From: Candidatus Latescibacterota bacterium
GTDB taxonomy: Bacteria > Latescibacterota > UBA2968
Length of the DNA: 64,000 bases
Direction: 5' to 3'
Assembly (NCBI GenBank): GCA_965207885.1
Contig: OZ242311.1
Coordinates: forward strand, 5,088,001-5,152,000
Of this stretch, positions 27,864 to 36,731 are shown one piece after another (position 1 is the stretch's first letter; every line of letters starts with the position of its first letter). Under the pieces are notes generated by a model. The model searched no databases. It worked only from the letters and a program-made list of their open reading frames with translations, and was not told the origin of the DNA. The translations under genes were made by a program, and so were the position numbers.

Positions 27864-29060
27864 TAAAGTACACGACAAAAAATAAAAGACCTGTGCAAAA
27901 CGTGAAAAAGAGTTAGGTTTGAATGTGTGAAAACGAACCTTCTCATCTCAACAAGGCACAGGTCTATGTCTCGTCAAGTTATACAACTTCACCATGTATT
28001 GCAAGGCCATTTTGGGTGGCATAAAGCACGCATCACTTTCACAGCGGCCTTCATCTTGTCTTTGGTCAAGCTGAGCAGGGTCAACTTCGCCAAATTGGCT
28101 AATGCGCTAAATGGACAGGTCAAACCGCAATCAAATTACCGCAGGATACAGCGTTTTTTCGCTGAGTTTGACATTCCTTATGAAGCCGTGACGCGACTGA
28201 TCTTGCACTTATTACCTATAAAGACCGATTTTGCAGTCTCAATAGATCGCACTAATTGGAAGTTAGGCAAATTCAATATCAACATCCTAACCGCAGGCAT
28301 TATCTATGAAGGGGTCGCCTTTCCTATGTGTTGGCACTTGTTAAAAAAACGAGGCAATTCCAATAGTGATGAGCGTATCAATTTGATGAAACAGGTGCTT
28401 ACGCGCATTCCCAAGTCTCATATCCGCGTTGTATTGGCAGATAGAGAATTCATTGGAAGAGAATGGTTTGCGTGGTTAGACACACAAAACATCCCTTTTG
28501 TCATCCGCATCAAGGAAAATGCCCTTGTCTCAAGGGCAGATAGAGAGATACCCATAAAAAAACTCTTTGAAAATTTGCACATCCATCAGCAGGTCAGCCT
28601 ACAAAGACCTCGCCGCGTTTATGACCTACCTGTGTATGTGTCTGCGCTAAGATTGAAGGATCAATACCTCATTCTTGCAAGCAACCAACAACGTCAAGTC
28701 GCATTGGAGGTGTATAAAAAACGTTGGGGCATTGAAGTCCTTTTTGCAAATTTGAAAAGTCGAGGATTTAATCTGGAAGAGACCCACCTTATACATCAAG
28801 ATCGCATTGAAAAACTCATCGCGCTTTTGGCTATTGCCTGCACCTGGGCCCATATCATCGGCGAATGGATCGCCCTTACAAAACCTTTGAAGGTCAAAAA
28901 CCACGGACGGATGGAAAAAAGTCTCTTCCGATATGGGTTGGACTATTTGCAGTATGTCCTGCTCAATATACACCAACAAGCCCAGCAGTTCCTCAAATGC
29001 ATTCGTTTACTGATTAATCCGCCAGATTTTAACCCGATTTAGGTTTTGTCGTGTACTATG
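27864..29060 (+). mobile_element. IS4-family insertion sequence (1197 bp)
   Basis: Terminal IRs TAAAGTACACGACAAAA (27864-27880) and TTTTGTCGTGTACTATG (29044-29060), 15/17 match; 9-bp TSD CTTTCGCAC at 27855-27863 and 29061-29069. Confidence 0.95.
27966..29042 (+). CDS. IS4-family DDE transposase
   Basis: IDRTNW (D), LADREF (D), YKKRWGIEVLFANLK (YREK signature); alternative GTG start at 27927. Confidence 0.93.
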   Translation: MSRQVIQLHHVLQGHFGWHKARITFTAAFILSLVKLSRVNFAKLANALNGQVKPQSNYRRIQRFFAEFDIPYEAVTRLILHLLPIKTDFAVSIDRTNWKLGKFNINILTAGIIYEGVAFPMCWHLLKKRGNSNSDERINLMKQVLTRIPKSHIRVVLADREFIGREWFAWLDTQNIPFVIRIKENALVSRADREIPIKKLFENLHIHQQVSLQRPRRVYDLPVYVSALRLKDQYLILASNQQRQVALEVYKKRWGIEVLFANLKSRGFNLEETHLIHQDRIEKLIALLAIACTWAHIIGEWIALTKPLKVKNHGRMEKSLFRYGLDYLQYVLLNIHQQAQQFLKCIRLLINPPDFNPI

Positions 29061-29494
29061 CTTTCGCACATAAAACTTTTCTCGCGTGAGAAAAATATTT
29101 TTCACAATCTGCTGCGTGATCGTGCTGCCGCCCCGCACCCTGCCCCAGTGTCGAATATTGCCCAAAAAAGCACCGGCCATACCTTTAATACTGTACCCGC
29201 GGTGATGATAAAAATCCGCATCTTCAATAGATAGCACAGCCTGAACAAAATGCGGATGCACCTCGTCGAGACCAACGCGCCCCACGCGTTGATTAACAGT
29301 ATAGAGCAACTCTCCAGAAGCCGCATAAATATTGATCCCGGACTCCGCCAATAAGCTATCGGGATCCTCGGGCAACCTCGGCAGGGTAATCACAAGCCAG
29401 CATGCTGCGCCCAACACAATCAGCAAAACATCGGCAATGATCAAAAGAGCGAGAAAGACGCCGCGATGTGAGATTAATTTCATAAGATACGCCA

Positions 29495-30349
29495 TTACTC
29501 CACAATTTCGGAAACAGCACCCGCCTCAATTTCAAAAACAACAGGTACCCGACTTCCCTCGCGGAAAAGTTCACCCCGAAAACGACCGAGATCGCGATAC
29601 AAGAAAATTTGCGCAATCTGCCCATTTTGATACGCAGTGATCAAGGCGTCTTTTTCACGCAGTCTCAAATCGGGAATAACCGCGGTGGCGAATTCGGAAA
29701 AAACAGCAGCCTTGAGCGAATCGGGATCGGTTACGCCCAGCGTGTCTGGCGCAACAGCCTCAATATCGCCAACCTGGGCGTACAGGTAATCGATCTGTTT
29801 GCGTACTTCCGCATGGAAATACACATCCGGCAAATACAATGCTTTGACAATCGCAAGCCCCTGGCGGTAAACGCGCAAACTGGCAATCACATCGCCGAGC
29901 GGTCTGGTATTGAGATCAACGCTGGGCAGTGGTATCTTGTAAATCGCGACATAGCCTGGAACACCAGATTCGGGCACGCGCGACCCCTCAAAACGACTGC
30001 GTATAACCGCATCGGGCAAACCCGCTCGTGGCACAGGCACAGGATCGGCTGTATCAATAGCTTGCTGGGTTCTCACCTGTGCTTGAATATCTTTCCAAAG
30101 TGCACCACTTTCTGGACGCAACGCATTGATCGAAAGCAAAAAGGCCCCAAGGCGTCGCGCAAACCAATTGGTCTGATATTCGCTCCAGGCAACGCCTGCA
30201 CCGAGCAAAGCGATGAGAACCAATGTCACCATCAACGAACGCAGATACCTTACGCGACGCAAAGCCACACGCACATCTCTGAGCCAGCGCTGAAAACACG
30301 CGCAAAAATAAAAAAATGCCGCCTTGATATTTTCGGGAAGTCGAATCAT
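29495..30349 (-). CDS. hypothetical membrane-anchored protein
   Basis: One TM segment; its TAA overlaps the PBP ATG (TAATG); start codon uncertain. Confidence 0.65.
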   Translation of the reverse strand: MIRLPENIKAAFFYFCACFQRWLRDVRVALRRVRYLRSLMVTLVLIALLGAGVAWSEYQTNWFARRLGAFLLSINALRPESGALWKDIQAQVRTQQAIDTADPVPVPRAGLPDAVIRSRFEGSRVPESGVPGYVAIYKIPLPSVDLNTRPLGDVIASLRVYRQGLAIVKALYLPDVYFHAEVRKQIDYLYAQVGDIEAVAPDTLGVTDPDSLKAAVFSEFATAVIPDLRLREKDALITAYQNGQIAQIFLYRDLGRFRGELFREGSRVPVVFEIEAGAVSEIVE

Positions 30350-30502
30350 GTGAAAACTAAAATGGCACTCGAAAGTCGGCAAGTCAAAGAAAATGTAGCA
30401 CAGTACAATGTCTTGCTTCAAACCAAAGATGTATTACATTAAGTCATACGTGGTTTTAGGAAGAGAACTGCCCCCCAACAGCTAACAAACAGGAGCCATA
30501 CC

Positions 30503-31174
30503 ATGATAAAAATAGCAAAGGTCGAAAAGCGTTTCAAGAGTCCAGGTCCCCAGCCCAATGGTCTGCAAGCTGCGCCAGATGGCCTGTGGATTATCGACCA
30601 GGTAGATCTAAAAATATACAAAGTAGATTGGGAAACCGGCGACGTGCTATTTGAGGCGCAAACAGACACAGAGCATTCAAGTGGAATTACAGTCGGTGGC
30701 GGATATGTGTGGATTGCATCTACATTTGAATTGCAAATAGCAAAAGTCGATATGAAAACCGGCAAAACCATTGCAAAATACGACTCCCCAGGTGTTGGTG
30801 TCGCATCCTGGCGCGAGGGCCTGCCAGGAGCCTCAGAAACCGGCGCACACGGATTGGAATGGCGCAATGAAAAAATTTACATTGCGTCTCCCCCCTCCCA
30901 ATTTGTACATGTGGTAGATGCCGAAACCTGGACAGAAGAACACGCATTTCGAACACCTGGCCTCCGCAACCACGGATTGGCCTGGCAAGACGACAAACTA
31001 TGGGTAGCGGACACATCCGCAGGCACGGTAAACTTACTGGGCACGGCAGATGGCCGCGTGTACGACGTCATACGCGTAGAAGCACCCGACGAAGTCCATG
31101 GCATGACCATGTACGACGGCGTCCTGTGGTACTGCGACGCTCACAACTGCGATATCGGTCGATTAATCGTATAA
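30503..31174 (+). CDS. glutamine cyclotransferase/Vgb-like beta-propeller protein
   Basis: Repeated PNGL/HGL.W....LW.D blades; AGGAG RBS. Confidence 0.7.
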   Translation: MIKIAKVEKRFKSPGPQPNGLQAAPDGLWIIDQVDLKIYKVDWETGDVLFEAQTDTEHSSGITVGGGYVWIASTFELQIAKVDMKTGKTIAKYDSPGVGVASWREGLPGASETGAHGLEWRNEKIYIASPPSQFVHVVDAETWTEEHAFRTPGLRNHGLAWQDDKLWVADTSAGTVNLLGTADGRVYDVIRVEAPDEVHGMTMYDGVLWYCDAHNCDIGRLIV

Positions 31175-31189
31175 CAAAGAGAGATCAAA

Positions 31190-32428
31190 ATGACCTCCAA
31201 AGACTGCGAAGTTGCGGATATTGAACACATCCTTCTGCACGTCCCATTTCATCCGCGGTGTGCAAAAGTAAAACAAACTCGGGTACCGTTTTGGTCACTC
31301 GTGGATGTGTGCAAAATAACCACCTCTGCGGGCGTAACCGGATATGGCGAAACCCTGACGCGATATACCTGGGGACAATCAAATGAAAAGCAATTTGCCC
31401 GAGTACGCGGAAAGAATATATTCGATCATTTGTGGGATGACAGCCTGGGCGCCGGCTTGCAAATGGCACTCTTTGACGCAGCGGGAAAAACACTCGGTGT
31501 GCCGTGTCACAAACTGCTGGGCGCGCAATATCGAGACTCGTGCCCCGTATCGTGGTGGTCGCAAGACCGCACCCCTGAAGAATGGGCCATGGAAGCACAG
31601 GCAGCGATAGACCACGGATTCACCACAATGAAAGTAAAGACACGCCCCTGGTTTTATCCCGAAGAACAATTTGAAGCCATAAGAAGATCCGTACCGAATT
31701 ATTTCAAAATCGATGCAGACTTCAATGGCCTATTGCTCGGCGCAGACTACGCCGCACCCTTAATTCGGCGATTAGAAGATATGAACAGCCAACTTGCAAT
31801 GGTCGAAACACCAATCCCGCAAAACGACGTAGCGGGCAACGCCCTATTGCGGCAAAAAATCGCCAGTCCAATTGCCATGCACTTTGGCAACCCACCCTTT
31901 ATGACAGCCGTGCGCGAGGGCGTATGCGACGGATTTGTCGTAGGTGGTGGTGCGAATCGCGTGATGAAACAGGGCACCCTCGCCGCAGAAGCCAACATGC
32001 CATTCTGGCTACAACTGGTGGGATCGGGATTGACCACCATGTGGGGCGTGCATTTGGGCGCAGTATTATCTCACGCGCGCTGGCCCGCGATCCCCTGTGT
32101 GAACATCTGGACGCATCCACTCGTCAAAGACTTCAAAGTAGAAGGCGGTCATATTCGCGTACCCAATACACCCGGATTGGGTATTGAACTGGATTGGGAC
32201 GTCATTGAACGCTACCGCGTTGATCCAGATTTTAAACTCGAAGAAAAGCGACAAATTCACACAATATGCTGGCCCGATGGACGACGAACGCATTATCCAG
32301 ACGGAAGCTATCGCGAGGACTTTTTGGCGGGCAGACTAACGGGCTTTCTACCCGGCATTCGTCTGGAATTAAAACTGGATGACAAATCGGACGCATTTGA
32401 ACGAGAATATCGGGAACTGTTTGGATAA
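31190..32428 (+). CDS. mandelate racemase/muconate lactonizing enzyme-family protein
   Basis: GYGET, MALFDAAGK, MKVK, IDADFN, VETP, PGLGIELD. Confidence 0.85.
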   Translation: MTSKDCEVADIEHILLHVPFHPRCAKVKQTRVPFWSLVDVCKITTSAGVTGYGETLTRYTWGQSNEKQFARVRGKNIFDHLWDDSLGAGLQMALFDAAGKTLGVPCHKLLGAQYRDSCPVSWWSQDRTPEEWAMEAQAAIDHGFTTMKVKTRPWFYPEEQFEAIRRSVPNYFKIDADFNGLLLGADYAAPLIRRLEDMNSQLAMVETPIPQNDVAGNALLRQKIASPIAMHFGNPPFMTAVREGVCDGFVVGGGANRVMKQGTLAAEANMPFWLQLVGSGLTTMWGVHLGAVLSHARWPAIPCVNIWTHPLVKDFKVEGGHIRVPNTPGLGIELDWDVIERYRVDPDFKLEEKRQIHTICWPDGRRTHYPDGSYREDFLAGRLTGFLPGIRLELKLDDKSDAFEREYRELFG

Positions 32429-32449
32429 AGAAGGAGAAAGGAGACCATC

Positions 32450-33262
32450 ATGGCATTTAAACTTGGATATTGTGCATTGCGATGGAGAAACCCGGATTTG
32501 GAACCTGCCCTTGAAGCCCTGAAAAAATCGGGCTGGGACGGCTGGGAATGTCGGTTACCGCTGGACTGGTTGGGACCAGCGAGTCGAATTCGAAAAATAT
32601 GTGACAATGTGGAATTGCCCATGGCCGTGTACACAGCGCAGGGATCGCCCGAAATATCTGATTGGGAGCACCAGGAGCGCAACAAACGGCGAATCGATTT
32701 TGCCGCCGAAATGGAAGTGGATTGCTTTATGTACATGAGCGGTCCCAAGCCCAAAGACCGGGACATCAACGGAGACGATATTAAACAGGCGGCTGAAGCA
32801 GCGGACAACTGGGCTGATTACGCGGCGCAATACAATTTGGAATTGAGTTATCACATCCACACAAATCTGCTGGTAGATTCAAAAGAAGACTGGACACTGT
32901 ACATGCAACACCTCGAAAAAGCAAAACTGTGTATCGATGTATCGCATGCACAACTCTGGGACTATGACGCCGCGCAATCGCTACGCGACTTTAAAGACCA
33001 GCTCAATTACGTACACTTGCAAGACTGGGCAGATGAGAACATCACGCGGGATGCAGAGGGACGATTCACGCCCCAATGGGTCTCTGTAGGCGTCGGCGAA
33101 GCCCTGGATTTTCCCGACCTGGCAAACGTACTTGAAGACACGGGATATGACCGGTGGGTAACAGCGTGTCCGGGCGCGCCGATTTACGCGGGCGAAGACG
33201 CGATAAATGAAGCGACCCGCAGTGCCAAAATGTATCAGTATTGTCGCGGTGCGGGATATTAA
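32450..33262 (+). CDS. sugar phosphate isomerase/epimerase (IolE-like TIM barrel)
   Basis: GWDGWE, YHIH, CIDVSH, YVHLQD, GYDRWV. Confidence 0.82.
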   Translation: MAFKLGYCALRWRNPDLEPALEALKKSGWDGWECRLPLDWLGPASRIRKICDNVELPMAVYTAQGSPEISDWEHQERNKRRIDFAAEMEVDCFMYMSGPKPKDRDINGDDIKQAAEAADNWADYAAQYNLELSYHIHTNLLVDSKEDWTLYMQHLEKAKLCIDVSHAQLWDYDAAQSLRDFKDQLNYVHLQDWADENITRDAEGRFTPQWVSVGVGEALDFPDLANVLEDTGYDRWVTACPGAPIYAGEDAINEATRSAKMYQYCRGAGY

Positions 33263-33276
33263 ACAGGACAGTTACC

Positions 33277-34350
33277 ATGCCGCGCAATACACCTGACAAT
33301 CCCTTTTATCACCCCATCATCGATTGTGATATTCACAACGAATTGCCCGGTTTGGACGCTCTGATTCCATATCTGGAAGAACACTGGGTTGCGTACATCA
33401 ACGAATCGGCATTTGTGGGACCCAACGCGAATGATTATCCCGCGAGAGCGCCCACATCTGCGCGAAAAGGGACAAAGCCGAAAAATGGTCCGCCGGGATC
33501 TGATTTTGAATTGCTAAAAAAACAGGCACTGGACGCATGGGATGTCGAAATCGGGATCTTAACCTGTGCTTACCGCGTGCAAAGCGTACACAACGAAAAC
33601 CTGTCCGCATCGCTTGCAACTGCGATCAACCAGTGGCAAATCGACGCGTGGTTAAACAAAGACAACCGACTGCGCGCATCCCTCGTAGTGCCCAGCCAAA
33701 ACCCGGTACTCGCCGCACGCGAAATCGAGCGATTCGGCGACCATCCGGGCTTTGTTCAGGTCATCGTGCCGGTCAGATCATATCAACCTTATGGCAAGAG
33801 CTTGTACGACCCATTATTCGAAGCAGCCGTAAAACGCGATCTCGCGATCGGGATTCACTACGGCGGTGCATCAAGTCTGCCGCCCACGCCCGTTGGTTGG
33901 CCTTTGACCTACGCCGAAGAAATGGCCGACATGGCGCAAATATTTCAGTCTCAGGTCATGAGCCTGGTGGTAGAAGGCGCGTTTGATCGATTTCCAGAAT
34001 TGCGCGTGGCACTCATCGAAGGGGGCTGGACATGGATGCCCGCATTGATGTGGCGCATAGATAAGGAATGGAAAGGGCTGCGACGCGACATACCGTGGGT
34101 CAAACGCCCACCGTCGGAATATATCCGCGAACACATCCGGATGACACTACAGCCCATGGACGCCCCGCCAGAAGCCGAATATCTATTGCAAATTATGGAT
34201 CATCTGGAATCGGATGACATGTTGATGTTTTCCACAGACTATCCACATTGGCATTTTGACGCGCCAATAGACGCAATTCCCAGAGGCTTATCGGATACAC
34301 TACTGGGAAAAATTCTGTACAAAAATGCAAAGACATTTTATAGCTTTTAA
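33277..34350 (+). CDS. amidohydrolase-2 family protein
   Basis: IIDCDIH, IGIH, GAFDRFPELR..IEGG, FSTDYPHW. Confidence 0.9.
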   Translation: MPRNTPDNPFYHPIIDCDIHNELPGLDALIPYLEEHWVAYINESAFVGPNANDYPARAPTSARKGTKPKNGPPGSDFELLKKQALDAWDVEIGILTCAYRVQSVHNENLSASLATAINQWQIDAWLNKDNRLRASLVVPSQNPVLAAREIERFGDHPGFVQVIVPVRSYQPYGKSLYDPLFEAAVKRDLAIGIHYGGASSLPPTPVGWPLTYAEEMADMAQIFQSQVMSLVVEGAFDRFPELRVALIEGGWTWMPALMWRIDKEWKGLRRDIPWVKRPPSEYIREHIRMTLQPMDAPPEAEYLLQIMDHLESDDMLMFSTDYPHWHFDAPIDAIPRGLSDTLLGKILYKNAKTFYSF

Positions 34351-34383
34351 GACCCACCACCGCCCACTGCAAGGAGCCTCCCC

Positions 34384-36702
34384 ATGAAAGCCTTCGTACT
34401 TTTGATCCTCACCTACCTGATCGCAGCACCGGCATGGACCAGCGAAGTAGATTCGCTCTATCACGCTGCTCTTTCGCGCATGAACGAGATTGAACCCAAA
34501 GAAAGCGTGGAAGAATTCAAGCAAGTTTTAAAGAAAAACGGCAAACACGCCCCTTCACTTGCACAACTGACCCGCCTCTACATTCGCCTGGATACGCCCG
34601 AGTTTCGACGCCGCGCAGTAGAAGCCAGCGAAAAAGCCATTCGGAATGAGCCGGAAAATTTGCAATATCAACTCTTGCACGGCGAGGCATTGTGGAACAG
34701 GGGATTTCAGCGCGAGGCCAAGGCGCACTATGAAAAAGTCATTAAAAAATTTCCCAACGCAGCCGTAGCAGCCTACGATGCTGGCCGTCATGTATTCGGC
34801 GAATACATGATCACGAGAGATCGGATCATTCAGCGGCGAGGTGCGATTCGGACCTTTGCCAAGAACGAATACGACCAGGCTGTGATGCTATTGGAAAAGA
34901 GCCTGGAGATCGATTCAGACTATCAGGACTCCTATTATCTATTGGGACTGGCGCATCTGGAACACAGAAGAATCCCCGGCATGCAACGGGTGATGCGGCG
35001 GATGATGCGGAAATTTCCTGGCGACATCAACGCACAATTGTTCATGGCCTATTCGCACCAGCTTCAAGGCAATCTTCCAGAAGCGAACAAATTATATGAA
35101 AAAGCCATTGCAGCCATGGATCCCGAACAGCGCAAAATGATGGAGTCCGTAGATATCATCGCATCAAAAGAAGACAGTGCGCGCATTTCCAAAGCCATGC
35201 AGATTGGCGACGATGGTGAGTGGAAGGATTCTGCGGCATTGAAGGAGTTCTGGAACAAGAACGATCCGCTATTTTTGACCAATCACAACGAGCGGCGGAT
35301 GGAGCACTACGGCCGTGTGGCGTATGCCAATCTGCGTTTTAGTGTGCCTGCCAGAAACATCGAAGGGTGGAAAACCATCCGCGGACAAACCTACATCAAA
35401 TACGGAAAATATCAGCGGCGAACAACGGGCGTATATCCCATGTTCAAGGAAACGTGGTACTACGACGGATACCACTTCGTCTTTCAAAGTGTGAATGGCG
35501 TTGACGGTTGGGGATTTGCAGGCGAAGTCGGACCGAGCAGCACAGTCGATGTGACGCAAGCAGCCAGAATGGGCTCGTTCGGGAGAAGCTCGAGGAGGTT
35601 GGGAAGTTCGAGTTCGAGGCCGAGAAGTTCGATACCGAGGAGTAAACGAATCCTGGACGAGTATTACGACATACAAAATCGAGCGGCATTTAAGAAAGTG
35701 GAAGCGCGCTTTGTCGATCCATTCCACAGTCGGAAATACACCCTGCCGTACCAGATCACCGCCTTCCGCGCAGGAAAAAATATGCGCATGGAAATCGCCT
35801 ATGCCATTCCCACGAACAAACTAAAAGCAAACGACGACCAGATGATCGTCATGGACGACGGGCTATTTATGTTCGATTACCGGTGGCGAGATATTTATCG
35901 CAAAGTGCGACCACTTGGACAGAAACGACCATCGGGGAAAAATGCACAGCAGTATCTGTTAAGCCAACGTCCCCTGGAACTTCCCCAGGGCATGTATAAT
36001 ATCGTGGTCGAAGTGGGAGACAGAATCAGCGGCTCCATCGGCACATTTCGCACAGAACGCCTTTTGACCGTATCTGAATCAAGTCTGGACATGAGTGACC
36101 TGTTACTCGCCCAGAAAATTGAAATGATCAATCCCTTTCCCGAAAAGCGAACCGACCTGCGCATTGCACCCAATCCGCTCCGCGCGTATCGCACCGGGCA
36201 ATCGGCCTATGTCTATCTGGAAATTTACAACCTGAAAAAAGACGAATTTGGGCGCACCCAATACCAGATTGTCTATAGCATCAGCGTACCTGAGAAAGGG
36301 GAAGTAGATCCCTCGATGTTCGGTGCCATAGACCTTACAGAGCTGGACGGATTGCTCATTGTGTCGCCGCCGGGGCAATCGGCCAAAGGACGCTCGGACA
36401 ATGAAAAACCCGCCAGTGGAAGTACAAAAACGCGCACAAGGCGAGCGAATTTGAGAGTCCGATACGTGCTGGCCGAACGCAATCAGAAGGCCGAATCCCT
36501 CGAAGAACTACGCCGAGCCGGACAGCAGAGCAGCACATCGGTCACTTCAGTATATGCCGGCGATAAATCCGACGACTTCACCTTCCTGGAAATCGACCTC
36601 TCTACGATGCCGCGTGGCATTTACAAACTCGAAGTCGCAATAACGGATTTGAAGGAGAAAAAACAAGTAAAGCGCAACGCTGTGTTCCGGGTTCGCGAAT
36701 AA
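34384..36702 (+). CDS. secreted TPR + GWxTD-domain protein (paralogue A1)
   Basis: Signal peptide, TPR-like helices, FW..NDP, EHYGRVAYANLRF...GWKTIRGQTYIKYG, ETWYY, C-terminal SDLLLA/YLEIYNL/GIYKLEV beta domain. Confidence 0.85.
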   Translation: MKAFVLLILTYLIAAPAWTSEVDSLYHAALSRMNEIEPKESVEEFKQVLKKNGKHAPSLAQLTRLYIRLDTPEFRRRAVEASEKAIRNEPENLQYQLLHGEALWNRGFQREAKAHYEKVIKKFPNAAVAAYDAGRHVFGEYMITRDRIIQRRGAIRTFAKNEYDQAVMLLEKSLEIDSDYQDSYYLLGLAHLEHRRIPGMQRVMRRMMRKFPGDINAQLFMAYSHQLQGNLPEANKLYEKAIAAMDPEQRKMMESVDIIASKEDSARISKAMQIGDDGEWKDSAALKEFWNKNDPLFLTNHNERRMEHYGRVAYANLRFSVPARNIEGWKTIRGQTYIKYGKYQRRTTGVYPMFKETWYYDGYHFVFQSVNGVDGWGFAGEVGPSSTVDVTQAARMGSFGRSSRRLGSSSSRPRSSIPRSKRILDEYYDIQNRAAFKKVEARFVDPFHSRKYTLPYQITAFRAGKNMRMEIAYAIPTNKLKANDDQMIVMDDGLFMFDYRWRDIYRKVRPLGQKRPSGKNAQQYLLSQRPLELPQGMYNIVVEVGDRISGSIGTFRTERLLTVSESSLDMSDLLLAQKIEMINPFPEKRTDLRIAPNPLRAYRTGQSAYVYLEIYNLKKDEFGRTQYQIVYSISVPEKGEVDPSMFGAIDLTELDGLLIVSPPGQSAKGRSDNEKPASGSTKTRTRRANLRVRYVLAERNQKAESLEELRRAGQQSSTSVTSVYAGDKSDDFTFLEIDLSTMPRGIYKLEVAITDLKEKKQVKRNAVFRVRE

Positions 36703-36731
36703 GCAAAAGAACCCTTCATATGGAGATCACT

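Larger units (their letters stand above)
26232..29495 (-). pseudogene. class A penicillin-binding protein (PBP1A-like) split by IS insertion
   Basis: 5' part has a TM anchor, EDADFYHHRG and GGSTITQQ; 3' part has RKLKE, QPGSGFKP (SxxK), SAN and KTGT; removing the IS and one TSD restores a 685-aa frame (...KFYVRKLKEI...). Confidence 0.92.

Noticed and set aside
26232-27878. Treating the 548-aa and 162-aa (29007-29495) ORFs as two independent genes
   Set aside because: They are halves of one PBP gene; their IS-facing ends are IS-derived sequence
30350-30502. oriC at the divergent intergenic region
   Set aside because: No TTATNCACA box cluster and no dnaA/dnaN/gyrB context; only a qualitative skew impression
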